A stretch of 64,000 bases of DNA from positions 186,001 through 250,000 of the forward strand of contig CP060766.1 in assembly GCA_023205875.1 (NCBI GenBank), read 5' to 3'. Below the pieces are notes generated by a model. That model was not told where the DNA came from, made no database searches, and saw nothing but the letters and a program-made list of their open reading frames with translations. Positions 43,931 to 54,883 of the stretch are shown here, one piece after another. Each line of letters opens with the position of its first letter. Within the stretch, counting starts at the first letter, position 1. This DNA is from Chloropicon primus (lineage: Eukaryota). The position numbers and the translations under genes were made by a program.

Positions 43931-44494
43931 CCTTCTCCTTCTCCTTTCTCCTTCTCTGTTCGACTGATCACCCCGAGCTCGTCTCCTCGACCCCGCCTCT
44001 TTTCGCCCTGGCGGCGGCTGCTACTTCACATTTGAACTAAAAAAGACTTTTCCGAAACTCGAATTTGGGACAACAAGCGATTTCCACTTTCAAGGGTAAC
44101 GTCTTTTGTAAAATTATACAGAAACGAAACATTTCCAAATGTCACATTTGGGGCGGTGGCGGCTGAAGGAAATGCGACGGGTTTCGTGTAGAAAACCCGT
44201 GTATAAGAAAATCGATCGAGTGTTCGAAGTTTTCCACATTTCAGGTTTTCGAATTTCGAATACGAATTACGGAAAAGTTTCGTCCAGTAGATCATGCCGT
44301 GTTTCCAGCGGATTGGAGTTTTGGGAATGTTGGTGTCGCGGAAATGTTCGAGCAGTCATTTTCACGATCTGACGAGCACCCGATCGACGCGAGGACGACG
44401 CCCAGCGACGAAGGTCCTCTTGGTGTTCGGAACGAGTTCTCGGACGGAGGACGACGAGGAGGACGAGGGAGACCTCTGTGACGCGAAAGTTCAC

Positions 44495-44519
44495 CTCGAG
44501 ATCTTTCGATAGAGCTCTC
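44495..44519 (+). promoter_or_regulatory. Candidate oriented promoter motif (type example, upstream of eIF3e)
   Basis: ctcgagatctttcgatagagctctc; related copies lie in sense orientation upstream of at least 12 genes (see findings). Confidence 0.6.
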
Positions 44520-44595
44520 GATCGAAGGATTTGAACTCGATTGTAGGGAGGAGCAGCAGAAAGCCAGGCAGGCCAGGCCAAGGAGCCCAAGGAGC

Positions 44596-44633
44596 GAAAG
44601 AAGAAGAAGAAGAAGAAGAAGAAGAAGAAGAAG
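44596..44633 (+). repeat. (GAA)n tract abutting the eIF3e ATG
   Basis: Seen directly. Confidence 0.9.
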
Positions 44634-45923
44634 ATGGCGGACCAGGACGCGACGAGGTGGGACATCACGTCGAAGATAGCGGGGAACTTGGACAGGCACT
44701 TGGTGTTCCCGCTTCTCGAGTTCCTGCAGACGAGGGGCATCTACCCGGAGGAGGACATCATGAACTCCAAGATAGAGCTGCTCAAGGACACGAACATGGT
44801 GGACTTTGCGATGGACATTTACAGGCAGAACAACGGGACGGAGGAGGTGCCAGTGGAGATGACGGAGAGGCGCAAGGTGGTCATAGGGAATCTGACGCAG
44901 CTGCAGGAGACGGCTGCTCCTATAGTGGACTTTCTCCTGGACGAGAACAAGGTGAAGGACCTGAGGAACGACAAGGCGTACAACATAAAGATGCTCCAGG
45001 ACCAGTACAACATCTCCCAGGACGACATCGAGGTCCTGTTCAAGTTCGCCAAGTTCCAGTTCGAGTGCGGCAACTACTCGGCCTGCGCTGACTTCTTGGT
45101 CCAGTACAGGGGGCTCTGCACCAAGCTGGAGAAGAGCTTCAGCGCCCTGTGGGGGAAGTTCGCGTCGGAGATCCTGCTGCAGAACTGGAACGAGGCCCTC
45201 GAGGACCTGAACAAGATCCAGGAGTACATTGACTCCAAGTCGTTCACCTCCGCCCTCGCCCAGCTCCAGCAGAGGATCTGGCTAATCCACTGGTCCCTCT
45301 TCGTGTTCTTCAACCACGAGAACGGCATGAACTTCCTGGTGGACATGCTCGTCCAGGACAGGTACGTCAACGCCATCCAGACGGGGGCCCCCCACATGCT
45401 CCGCTACCTCGCGGCCGCGGTCATCATCAACAAGAAGCGCAGGAACATCCTCAAGGAGCTCATCAAGCTCATCAAGAGCGAGAAGTACATCTACTCGGAC
45501 CCCGTCACCGAGTTCATTATCTGCCTGTTCGTGGACTACGACTTTGAGGGGGCCCAGAAGAAACTCAAGGAGTGCGAGGCCGTCCTCGCCAACGACTACT
45601 TCTTGACCGCCTGCGTGGACGACTTTGTGGAGAACGCCAGGCTCTTTATCTTCGAGACGTACTGCAGGATCCACGAGACGATAGATATGAAAATGTTAGC
45701 AAACAAGTTGAACATGGACCAGGAGAGCGCCGAGAAGTGGATCGCCAACTTGATTAGAAACGCTCGCTTGAACGCAAAGATAGACTCGCAGCAGGGCACT
45801 GTGGTCATGGGCTCGCAGCATCCGGGTGTCTACGAGCAAATAGTGGAGAAAACGAAGAGCCTCACGGCCAGGACGTACCACCTAGCGAATGCTGTCATAG
45901 GCAGCGGCAAGGTGAACTCCTGA
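44634..45923 (+). CDS. EIF3E: Translation initiation factor 3 subunit e
   Basis: LDRHLVFPLLEFL, TNMVDFAMD, LWGKFASEILLQNW, RIWLIHWSLFVFFNH, PCI domain. Confidence 0.97.
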   Translation: MADQDATRWDITSKIAGNLDRHLVFPLLEFLQTRGIYPEEDIMNSKIELLKDTNMVDFAMDIYRQNNGTEEVPVEMTERRKVVIGNLTQLQETAAPIVDFLLDENKVKDLRNDKAYNIKMLQDQYNISQDDIEVLFKFAKFQFECGNYSACADFLVQYRGLCTKLEKSFSALWGKFASEILLQNWNEALEDLNKIQEYIDSKSFTSALAQLQQRIWLIHWSLFVFFNHENGMNFLVDMLVQDRYVNAIQTGAPHMLRYLAAAVIINKKRRNILKELIKLIKSEKYIYSDPVTEFIICLFVDYDFEGAQKKLKECEAVLANDYFLTACVDDFVENARLFIFETYCRIHETIDMKMLANKLNMDQESAEKWIANLIRNARLNAKIDSQQGTVVMGSQHPGVYEQIVEKTKSLTARTYHLANAVIGSGKVNS

Positions 45924-46077
45924 ACCCCCTCTTTAATACTTGTGTGAAAAAAGAGTCTGTACTTTGTTATGTCCATTTTATTACTTGATACAAAACTTAC
46001 TTGTCTCTCTCTCTGGTGTGCGTGTGTGTGTTGTTGTTGTTTTACAATGTTGCCCTTTTCCATGGCGCCGCTGCTTC

Positions 46078-49000
46078 TCACCTCCGGTCCAGGATGGAGG
46101 GCATGTGCTCGCTGTTCAGAAGGGTCTTCCACCTGTCCACAAGGCCGCTCTCGAACTCCTTCTTTTTCTTCTTTTTCTTCTTCTTTTTCTTCTTCTTCTT
46201 CTTCTCCTGCATGTCTATCATGAGCTTTTTGGGGAAGGTATGGGTGAAGTTTGTCTCAGAAACGGCCTCCCTGATTTCAGTCCAGTACATCGACTCTGCC
46301 TTCTCCTCCATGTCGGCCGAGAGGAAAGAGTCTGCCAACTTCTTTGCCCCTTGGGGGATAATCACGGCCTTCTTGAGGTGGTCCAGATCTGTCTCTTGGT
46401 ACCGCAAGTACGTCGTTTGCAATGCAGCAGAAAAGTTGAGGCCGAGGGGGTCGTCATCCTGGTTCTTGTTCACAGGTTGGTTGACGTTAAAGAAAGAACC
46501 TCGCCTTGCCTGGCGGGCCAAGGACACGTCAGGCAAGGTGAAGATGCTTCTCCTCCTTCCGGCACGCCTCACGTCGCGTGCAGACCGCTTGGGTTGGATC
46601 TTCTCTTCTTTCCTCCTCTGGATGTTCTTCAATTCTTGTCTCTTCCTCTGCAGGTCGCTCGCTACTTTGCTGTTCGAGGTGAACATTCTGACCTTGTCGG
46701 AGCTCAAGGGGGGGAGCGTGTCGATCTCGCTCATAAGAGCCCGAGACCTCTCTTCCGCCGAAAAGGGGTCCTCCTCCTCGGACCTCCTCTCGTAGTCAAC
46801 TCCCCTGTCATCGCTAAGCGCGACTTCCTTCTCAAAGTCTCCGATCTTGATTGGCTGCGTCACGCAAAGGAATCGCCCAAAGGCAATGAGCATGTCATGC
46901 TTTTCGTTGATGAAACCGATCTGAGTCGGCGCCATCCGGAACGGGATCTCAACGAGCTGCTGCAGGTGCTTCCCCTTCAGGACCTTCCATATGATCACAG
47001 AAAAGTCCTCGCTCGAGGAGGCGTAGATGGAGGAGGACTGGTGGACGCAAATGCTCGTGAGAGCTCTCTTGTGAAGAGCGCACGCGATGGCCGGGTCGCT
47101 GCTCAGCATGCCAGTCATGACGTCACTTCGGCCTCCCAGCCTCGAAAGGTGAAGCCTCCAAAATTCGACGTTTCCATCCTGGAGCCCCACTGCCACTTCC
47201 ACGGGCTCCCTCCTCGACTGCTTTGCGGCAAAGCTGTTCAGGGTGAAGCACGTAAGAGACGCCGAGGATATGGATCTTAGCGACGTCACAAGCAAGAGCC
47301 CGCTTCTCTGTGCTTGTGTCGATATTCCTGAAATTCCCGCTGCCCTGGATTGCGCAGCCTTGTCGTGCAAGTGCCAGATCTTGATGACGCCCTCCATGCC
47401 CGCGGAGATGATGAACTGCCGCCCAGAGATGACGTGCTCAAGGAACATCACTCTCTTGGTGTGCGCCTTGTGGAACTCTGGTTTGAACTGCGTCATTGGC
47501 AGCTGGTGGAGGATGATGGTCCCCTCCTCCGTGCCCAGAATGATGACTTGCTTCTGGAAGTTCTTCTTCCACTTGTTCGCCGCCATCAGACCCTTGAGCC
47601 CGCCACCCAGGGAGACAGACTCCTTGTTAAAAGTCGCAGTTTTCTGCAACCTCCTCGTCTGGCCCCTTGCTATGAACTCCATCGCCGTTATCGCGCTCGA
47701 GTCGTTCTCGTTGTTCTCGATAAACTGAATGGTTTGCCCATTGCCAACATCGACTATGCTGGTGTGGCCGCTGCTCCATCCGACGATGATTCTGCCGGAG
47801 GCTTTGTGGCAGATCAACGTCGATATCTCTGCAAGGTGGCCCTTCGTGTTCGTCCCGTCGCTCTTTGTCATCTCAGCTCCAACGAGAGGGGCCTTTGGCG
47901 CGAGGAGCTTGCTGTCGTGTCCCACAGCCGTGTACATCATGTGGATCGTCGAGCCCTGGCAAAGCACAGAGACGGGGACGCCGCTCTTCTTTTGGTTCCT
48001 GTACAACGATTTCCGGACCTCGTCCTCCTCTAGGATCTGAAAGTTGATTACGGGGTGAGAGCAACTGGACAGAAAGTGGGTCGAGGTGTGGTACTCGACC
48101 AAGGCCACGTTCGGACCGAACGCGATGAGGAATGGCAGGCCAGACGCCCCCGATCCGTTGTCCATGCTGGATCCCACGGACATTCCTTTGGCGAGCACGT
48201 TGAGGGGCTCGACGTCCCTGACAACGAACCTGGACGTGCTCCCCAGCTGGTCATTCAGGGGCAGCGAAGATATGTCGTCCCTGTCCTGGATGATCTCGTC
48301 GTACTCCGAGTTCCCTCCAGAGAACTGAGGAAGCTGCAACGAGTCCCACTCCTCGAAATCTGAGAGGTGCCACCTCTTCAAGCACCCGTGGTTGTCCACA
48401 GAGAAAAGGGAAGACGTCTCTTCGTGAATGCAGATCGACTTCACGGGAGCGTTGTGGCCCAAAAGGGTCTCGACCAGCCTGAGCTCGCTCTCTTTCACGT
48501 CCCAGATCTTGATCGTCTTGTCCATGGACGCCGTGAAGAGGTGCTTGGTGCCTTCCCGAAAAGCAATGCAGGTGATCGGCATGTCGTGGACATTCATGAG
48601 AACGTACATCAAGAATCCCGTCTCGACGTTCCAGACTTGGATGCTCACCTCTTGCACCGCAAATATCCTCGCGTGGATCGGGTCGTACAACATGTCCCTC
48701 AACCACTCAGCACCCGTGCTGGCGGGAACGTTGAGCTCGTCGTTCTTCTTCACGTCTATCTTTTTGTATTGAACCTTGCCGCCCTGCTTTGTTACTGTCA
48801 TCTCCGTCTTCCACACCTTTATCACATTCTCGACTCCCGTCGTCAGCACCATCTTCTGCTTCATACAATGGCAAGCGCACAGAATGGGCCTCACGTGGGC
48901 ATCAATCGAGCTCATCTCTTGAAGGATTCTGCTTCCAGAGGCGTAGAAGAGCACCAGCTTCCGCCGGTTCCTTATCGCATAATACACGTCGTGGTTCCTG

Positions 49001-49398
49001 TTGTAGAACAGACTTTCTGTTGTAGTATCCGCAGGAAGGAGCGTGCTATGAATAAGCTCTTTCGTTCTTGTTGACCACAGATACAGCTTGTGGTTGTCGC
49101 TGCACAAGACCTGCTCCCGTATCTCGTTGCAGCAAAGGCTCACGACTTCGAAGCTGCACGAGAAACAGTGTCTGTATATGAAGTTCGCAGGGCACCTCAC
49201 AGACTCCTGCTCCTTCTTCGCCTCCTCAATCTCCTTGTCACCTGTGCCCGCCTTGTCCGGACCGAGGAGCTCCCTCCTCCTCGCGCTCTTCTCCCTCTCA
49301 AGCTTCTTGCGCATGGAGTTCACGAACTTTGTGGGACTCCCTTGGGCTGCCTTCCCAGGACTCCTCGTCGGGCTTTTCGTCGGGCTGACCACAACCAT
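46078..49398 (-). CDS. Large WD40-repeat protein
   Basis: Many WD repeats (VHDMPITCIAF...LFTASMDKTIKIWD; GHNAPVKSI; AHTKRV...ISAGMEGVIKIWH); poly-Lys near the C-terminus. Confidence 0.85.
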   Translation of the reverse strand: MVVVSPTKSPTRSPGKAAQGSPTKFVNSMRKKLEREKSARRRELLGPDKAGTGDKEIEEAKKEQESVRCPANFIYRHCFSCSFEVVSLCCNEIREQVLCSDNHKLYLWSTRTKELIHSTLLPADTTTESLFYNRNHDVYYAIRNRRKLVLFYASGSRILQEMSSIDAHVRPILCACHCMKQKMVLTTGVENVIKVWKTEMTVTKQGGKVQYKKIDVKKNDELNVPASTGAEWLRDMLYDPIHARIFAVQEVSIQVWNVETGFLMYVLMNVHDMPITCIAFREGTKHLFTASMDKTIKIWDVKESELRLVETLLGHNAPVKSICIHEETSSLFSVDNHGCLKRWHLSDFEEWDSLQLPQFSGGNSEYDEIIQDRDDISSLPLNDQLGSTSRFVVRDVEPLNVLAKGMSVGSSMDNGSGASGLPFLIAFGPNVALVEYHTSTHFLSSCSHPVINFQILEEDEVRKSLYRNQKKSGVPVSVLCQGSTIHMMYTAVGHDSKLLAPKAPLVGAEMTKSDGTNTKGHLAEISTLICHKASGRIIVGWSSGHTSIVDVGNGQTIQFIENNENDSSAITAMEFIARGQTRRLQKTATFNKESVSLGGGLKGLMAANKWKKNFQKQVIILGTEEGTIILHQLPMTQFKPEFHKAHTKRVMFLEHVISGRQFIISAGMEGVIKIWHLHDKAAQSRAAGISGISTQAQRSGLLLVTSLRSISSASLTCFTLNSFAAKQSRREPVEVAVGLQDGNVEFWRLHLSRLGGRSDVMTGMLSSDPAIACALHKRALTSICVHQSSSIYASSSEDFSVIIWKVLKGKHLQQLVEIPFRMAPTQIGFINEKHDMLIAFGRFLCVTQPIKIGDFEKEVALSDDRGVDYERRSEEEDPFSAEERSRALMSEIDTLPPLSSDKVRMFTSNSKVASDLQRKRQELKNIQRRKEEKIQPKRSARDVRRAGRRRSIFTLPDVSLARQARRGSFFNVNQPVNKNQDDDPLGLNFSAALQTTYLRYQETDLDHLKKAVIIPQGAKKLADSFLSADMEEKAESMYWTEIREAVSETNFTHTFPKKLMIDMQEKKKKKKKKKKKKKKKEFESGLVDRWKTLLNSEHMPSILDRR

Positions 49399-50383
49399 GA
49401 TTGCCTATGATTGTCCACGACCCCTCACAAGCCTCCTCGTCAAACTTCGAGCTTCCTGGTACCACCAAGTTAGCTTCTCTCACCGCCACAGGAACTCGCA
49501 GTCCTTGTTGCCATTGTCCAAACTTTCCATCTTCCAACGACCCAAAAGCTGGCACTTCTCAGTCGTCCCTCCTTCTCCCCCCTCGCCGGACGGTCCTGAG
49601 CTTCTCCTCGAAAGTCTCTGGCACTCCACCGATCCTTGGCCACAAGGCCTGCCCTCCCCCTGGACCCGTCACTCGCACCTTCCAGAGCAAGCTCACTGCC
49701 TCACTCCAAACCTTTGTCTGTCTGTGTGTGTGTGTGTGTGTGTCGTATTCTTCAAAGGTATACACGTACACGCTTGCTTTTCGTCCAAGGACTCCTCCAA
49801 GTCCAAATGCTTGACTCAGTGTGCGCCACCACTGCACCCTGACCCTGACCCTCGCTTCCAACCACGGCTTGGCTTGGCCTCCTTGCCTCCTCCTTGCCTC
49901 CTTGCTCCTTCTGTCACCCTTGGCTTGGGACCAATGCTGTCGTATTCTGTTAAGTAAAAGGTTCTGACCTCTCCGGTCAAAGAGCCACACAGCAAGATCC
50001 AGCAAGAGCCTCGCGGAGGTCGCCAAGGGAGGAAAGGAAAGGAAAGGAGCAACGGGGTTGTTGAGGCCTGTCCCATTGCCATTGCCATTGCCATTGCCAT
50101 TGTCAATTCACCGTGTGACCCGCTCGTCGGTGGTCTGTCAACGAAAGCGCTCGCTCTGGGGTCAAAAGGGACAGAGCAAGAGCAAGCGAGGCTTGTCTCC
50201 AGAGCAAGGAGAGCCTTTGGGCAAGTAAGGGAAGGGGCAAAGAGGGCTGCTTGAGGGTTGCTTACCACCCCGGCCACGAGAAGGGAGACCTGTGCTAGAC
50301 TTTCGTGCACTGGGCATATGCACACCACCTAAGGCTTGCGAGTTGGTTGGTCTGTGACAACAAGAACAACAACAGCAGCAAGT

Positions 50384-51433
50384 ATGAGTCTGCTGGACGA
50401 GGAGTACTATGGCTCCATGAGCGACAGCGACGGGGAGGAGAACGAGGAGGTAAAGAAGGAGCTTCTCTCCCTGGAGCTTCCGATACCGGTGACGTTCGAG
50501 AAGATCCACAAGAAGGTGGACAAGGAGAGGGAAGACTATTTGGCGAACAAGAAGGACGGGAACATCCGGAAGAAGAAAGAGGACGATATCCTGGACAGGG
50601 TCTCCGCTCACGTTCTCAACAACCCGCCGTGCAGGAGGCTCGTGAAGGCAGCTTTCGCGGAGGAGAAGGCCCAAGACCTGTACCCAGCGGAGCGAGACGT
50701 CCACGGCCTGGCCCTGTACGGCGGTTACAAGATAAAGACGGAGCCCGTGGACTTCAACTACTGCACTCTGAAGATCGACAGCAACAGCTGGCAGCAGGCC
50801 AGCGCGCCGAAGCTGTACAAGAGCTCCCGGCCGCTCGGCAAGGAGAGCGAGAAGGAGGAGAAGCCCCTGGAGGTCACCAGCTTCACCTTGCAGCCGGAGA
50901 CGGACTTCCCCAAGCCCCTCACGGAGCTCACCCAGTCCTTCTCCCAGTACTCGTCGATGCGCTCGACGGTGGAGAGGATCCCGGCGTCCACTTCGGTGTC
51001 TCCGCACTGCACGCCCTCCAACGTGGGCCCCGGGAGCTACGACGTGGCGACCTCCATGGTGAAAACGAAGAGGAAGCAGAAGTACGCGTCCAGCATGTTC
51101 CGAAGCAGGAGCTCCAGGTTCCCCGGGAAGCACTTCGAGAACTCGAGCTTGGGTTACTCTTCCATCGCGGAGGACAAGAGGGCCTGGTCGAACAAGGGTT
51201 CCAAGTTCGAGGACTCGAAGCGCCAGCTGGTGAGCAGGGAGAAGAAGGCCATCCCGGGGCCGGGGTCCCACCTTCTCCTGCGCTGGCCCAAGTCGGACCC
51301 CAGGCTCTACTCCTCGCCGGAGAAGGTCTCCGGCCACGCCGGGTTCTACTCCAGGGGCGTGAGCGCGAGCTCGGGCACGAGCTTGCACCACGACAACTCC
51401 AGCCTGTACGCCAAGACCATGACGATAGAGTGA
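50384..51433 (+). CDS. Protein with STPG/SHIPPO-like PGPGxY repeats, possibly axonemal
   Basis: NVGPGSYDV, SSMFRSRSSRF, IPGPGSH. Confidence 0.6.
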   Translation: MSLLDEEYYGSMSDSDGEENEEVKKELLSLELPIPVTFEKIHKKVDKEREDYLANKKDGNIRKKKEDDILDRVSAHVLNNPPCRRLVKAAFAEEKAQDLYPAERDVHGLALYGGYKIKTEPVDFNYCTLKIDSNSWQQASAPKLYKSSRPLGKESEKEEKPLEVTSFTLQPETDFPKPLTELTQSFSQYSSMRSTVERIPASTSVSPHCTPSNVGPGSYDVATSMVKTKRKQKYASSMFRSRSSRFPGKHFENSSLGYSSIAEDKRAWSNKGSKFEDSKRQLVSREKKAIPGPGSHLLLRWPKSDPRLYSSPEKVSGHAGFYSRGVSASSGTSLHHDNSSLYAKTMTIE

Positions 51434-52069
51434 GGAGGGATAGGAGTAGGAGGAGTATAGGATCGAGGAGGAGGACGAATGGTTTTTGGAGCCTGAGAAT
51501 GAGAGGAGGAGGAGGAGTCTCGTGGTGGGGGTTGTCGGGAACCGACCAAGGTGTTTTATGAATCAGACGAAAAACCATCCTGCGATGAATCTGTTATTAT
51601 TATAATAATTCTAGTGATTATTGGACCAATAATTCTTGTGCTGCTGCGGCCTTGTGCTGCGGCTTTGTTTGCTTTGTTGGCGACGATACGCAATACTACG
51701 GAGGAGGAGCGAAAGTCGACGACACAAGAAGGAAAGAGGAAGGGGGGGGTGGGGTCCAAAAGGGTTGTGGCGACAGCCCTTTTGGAAGCCAACCCAGCCT
51801 AACGACGATCGGTGGTGGTGGGTAGTCAACCGATCGTCATTACGCTTTTCGCCCCAAAGCCCCGGACCGTTCCTCCTCCACCAGTGGTGAGGAAATCTTG
51901 GACAGACATTTCCCGCCCTAAAGGAAGAAAGGAAACGAAATTAATCCTAAAAAGAGAAAGCGTCTCCCTCTCCCTCTCCGGTGGTTCCACAAGATGAGAA
52001 CAAAACGTCTTGCATTGCATTGCAGAAGAGAGAAAGAGAGAAAGAGAGAAAGAGAAGCTTCCCCTCTCG

Positions 52070-52143
52070 TCTCTTGTCTCTCTTCTCTCTTGTCTCTCTT
52101 GTCTCTCTTGTCTCTCTTGTCTCTCTTGTCTCTCTTGTCTCTC
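52070..52143. repeat. 9-bp (CTCTTGTCT)n minisatellite
   Basis: Seen directly. Confidence 0.9.
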
Positions 52144-53072
52144 CAAAGCCAAAGTCGTAATGTGATGCGATGACCTAGTGAGCCAAGGCGCGCGCGCTCT
52201 CTCTCTCCTGCTGGCGCCTGGAGCTGGAGCTAGGTCATCGAGCCACCTCCTCCTGGCGGTGAGATCACAAAGGGTTTACTACACGAAGAAGAAATATCCT
52301 TCGTGGAAACGAAGGCCCAGAATATACCATAAGAGACGTTCTACGTAGAGTGCAACTCGCGCTTCTACTTGAACGCCTCATGAAGAAGACGATAAAAGTT
52401 CGGCGAATTTGGGTGGAGAGAGCGCGAGAGACGGGAGCAAAGGTGCGATCGGTCGTGGAGGCAAACTGCTACGGTGTTGCGGTGGTCGAGGGCGGAGGGG
52501 GACCAAGGGGGCGCGCGGACAAGAAGGTCGTGGCAGCGAGACAAGGGCGCAGGTCAGTTCTCTTTGTTCCGTGGTCAACTCTTTTGTTGGTCTTGCCGGC
52601 GAAACGTGCACGGAGGTGGAGCGAGACAAGGGAGGCTTCCACAAAGGACGACGACGACTTGTTCTTGTTCGCCGGAAGGGGACGAGTGTTTGAATTGAGA
52701 GACGGAGGAGAGGGAGGGAGAGTCTCTCTTCGTTTGTTTCTCTCGCCGCTTCCCTTGGCTCGAGTTTGGTCGTTCCGGCCTCTCGGCGGAAGGATCAGCG
52801 ACGACGGAACACCGAGTTCTGGCTCCGGCCTGTGGCATTCCTGTTCAACTCTTTCCTCGCTCCGAGGAAGCGGAGGCTTTGGGGGCTTCTGTGCTACCGG
52901 AGGGGGAGGGGACCTCACTCATGTGTCCTGCCGCGTGACGGCTTTGCGTGGAGTTGAAGATTGGGGTGCGTGTTTTGTTTTTGTTTTTTGCGCCTCGCAG
53001 TGATAAGACCTAAAGCGAGGGAGCGCGTGATTGAGTAGTGTATTGGACCGACCGACCGAACGCGGGCGCACC

Positions 53073-54470
53073 ATGTTGAAGAGCGTGAAGCAGAAGCTGG
53101 GGGTTCGGAGGAATCAGAGTCGAAAGCATGACGACAAAGGCAGCTCCGGGATGAGCACGTCGAACAAGCCGCTCCTGCCGGTGCTGAACGAGTCGAACGC
53201 GTACTTTGCGTACGCGGAGCCCCTGCCGACGTTCAGGGACGTCCCCTCGGGGGAGCGGCAGATCCTGTTCGTGAAGAAGCTCCACCTGTGCTCGTTCACC
53301 TTCGAGTTCAACGACGCGACGAAGAGCGTGAGGGAGAAGGAGATAAAGAGGCAGACTCTCCTTGAGCTGGTGGACTACGTCAATCAAGGCCAAGGGAAGT
53401 TCGGGGAGGCCATGTATGAGGACATCGTCTTCATGCTCTCGCACAATCTGTTTCGAACCCTTCCGCCAGGAAGAAGCTCCATCGAGAACGAGATGTTCGA
53501 CCCGGAGGAGGAGGAGCCGACCCTAGAGCCAGCCTGGCCCCACTTGCAGATCGTATATGAGTTTCTGCTGAGGTACATCGTTAGCGAGGACACGGAGGCG
53601 AAGGTAGCGAGGAAGTACATAGACCAGCGTTTTGTGCTGAAGCTTCTGGATCTCTTCGACTCGGAGGATCCGAGGGAAAGGGACTACCTGAAGACGATTC
53701 TGCACAGAATATACGGCAAGTTCATGATGCACAGGCCGTACATTAGGAAGTCGATCAACAACATATTCTATAGGTTCATCTTTGAGTTTGAACGCCACAA
53801 CGGGATTGCAGAGCTGCTGGAAATTTTAGGGTCTATCATCAATGGCTTTGCCCTGCCCTTGAAGGAGGAACACAAAGTATTCTTAGTCAAGTGCCTGATA
53901 CCTCTGCACAAGCCAAAGTGCGTATCTATTTACCACCAGCCCTTGTCCTACTGCGTGACGCAGTTCGTAGAGAAGGATCCAAAGCTTGCGGACGTAGTAC
54001 TAAAGGGTTTGTTGAAGTACTGGCCACTCACGAATTCGCAGAAGGAGGTCCTCTTTCTGGGAGAGCTGGAGGAGATTCTCGAATTCACCCAATCCACAGA
54101 ATTCCGGAAGATCATGAAGACCATGTTCACCGTGTTGGGCAGGTGCTTGAAGTCTTCGCACTTCCAGGTGGCCGAGCGTGCCCTCTTCTTGTGGAACAAC
54201 GATTATGTTGTCAGCATGATCGCACAGAACAAGGAGACGGTCCTGCCGATCATCTTCTCTGCTCTGGAGAGCAACTCTCGGAACCACTGGAACGCTGCTG
54301 TCCACGGCTTGACGTGCAACGTGAGGAAGATGTTCATCGACATGGACAAGGGGCTTTGGGACAAGTGCCTGGCAGAATATGAGGAGACTCAGTCGGCGAA
54401 GCCTGGGAAAACCATAGCGAGGAAGAAGGACTGGGAACGGCTTGAGCAGCAAGCCAAGAATGCAACATGA
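53073..54470 (+). CDS. PPP2R5: PP2A regulatory subunit B' (B56)
   Basis: [62 protein letters not shown]. Confidence 0.97.
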   Translation: MLKSVKQKLGVRRNQSRKHDDKGSSGMSTSNKPLLPVLNESNAYFAYAEPLPTFRDVPSGERQILFVKKLHLCSFTFEFNDATKSVREKEIKRQTLLELVDYVNQGQGKFGEAMYEDIVFMLSHNLFRTLPPGRSSIENEMFDPEEEEPTLEPAWPHLQIVYEFLLRYIVSEDTEAKVARKYIDQRFVLKLLDLFDSEDPRERDYLKTILHRIYGKFMMHRPYIRKSINNIFYRFIFEFERHNGIAELLEILGSIINGFALPLKEEHKVFLVKCLIPLHKPKCVSIYHQPLSYCVTQFVEKDPKLADVVLKGLLKYWPLTNSQKEVLFLGELEEILEFTQSTEFRKIMKTMFTVLGRCLKSSHFQVAERALFLWNNDYVVSMIAQNKETVLPIIFSALESNSRNHWNAAVHGLTCNVRKMFIDMDKGLWDKCLAEYEETQSAKPGKTIARKKDWERLEQQAKNAT

Positions 54471-54883
54471 ACTAACTAAGTGTAAGAATAGGCATAAGTA
54501 TAGGCATTACATCATTGCATATATAAAGAAAGTGCAAGCGATCGATCTCTCTCCTCTGGGGTTTGCGAAAACCCAATTTTCACGGAGGGGACCACTTGGG
54601 ACAAGGATGGAGTGGTGGAGAAGGGGTGCGAGGGCAAGAGGGAAGGGGTGGGGAGACCAGGGCCCAAGAATGAAAGGATCAGCGAGTCAGCTTTCGACGG
54701 ACCAAGAAATGATTGGATTTCCGCTTGATTGCTTTCTAACGTACTCGGCGGCGGCCTCGTGTCGGCGGCAACGACGACGACGGTGATGATCAGAATAGAC
54801 AATCATGGCCAGAGGCTAAAGAGTGACATTTGTAACTACACTTTGCTTATACAGCTTGCTTACTCTGCCTAAACTCTCCCTCC

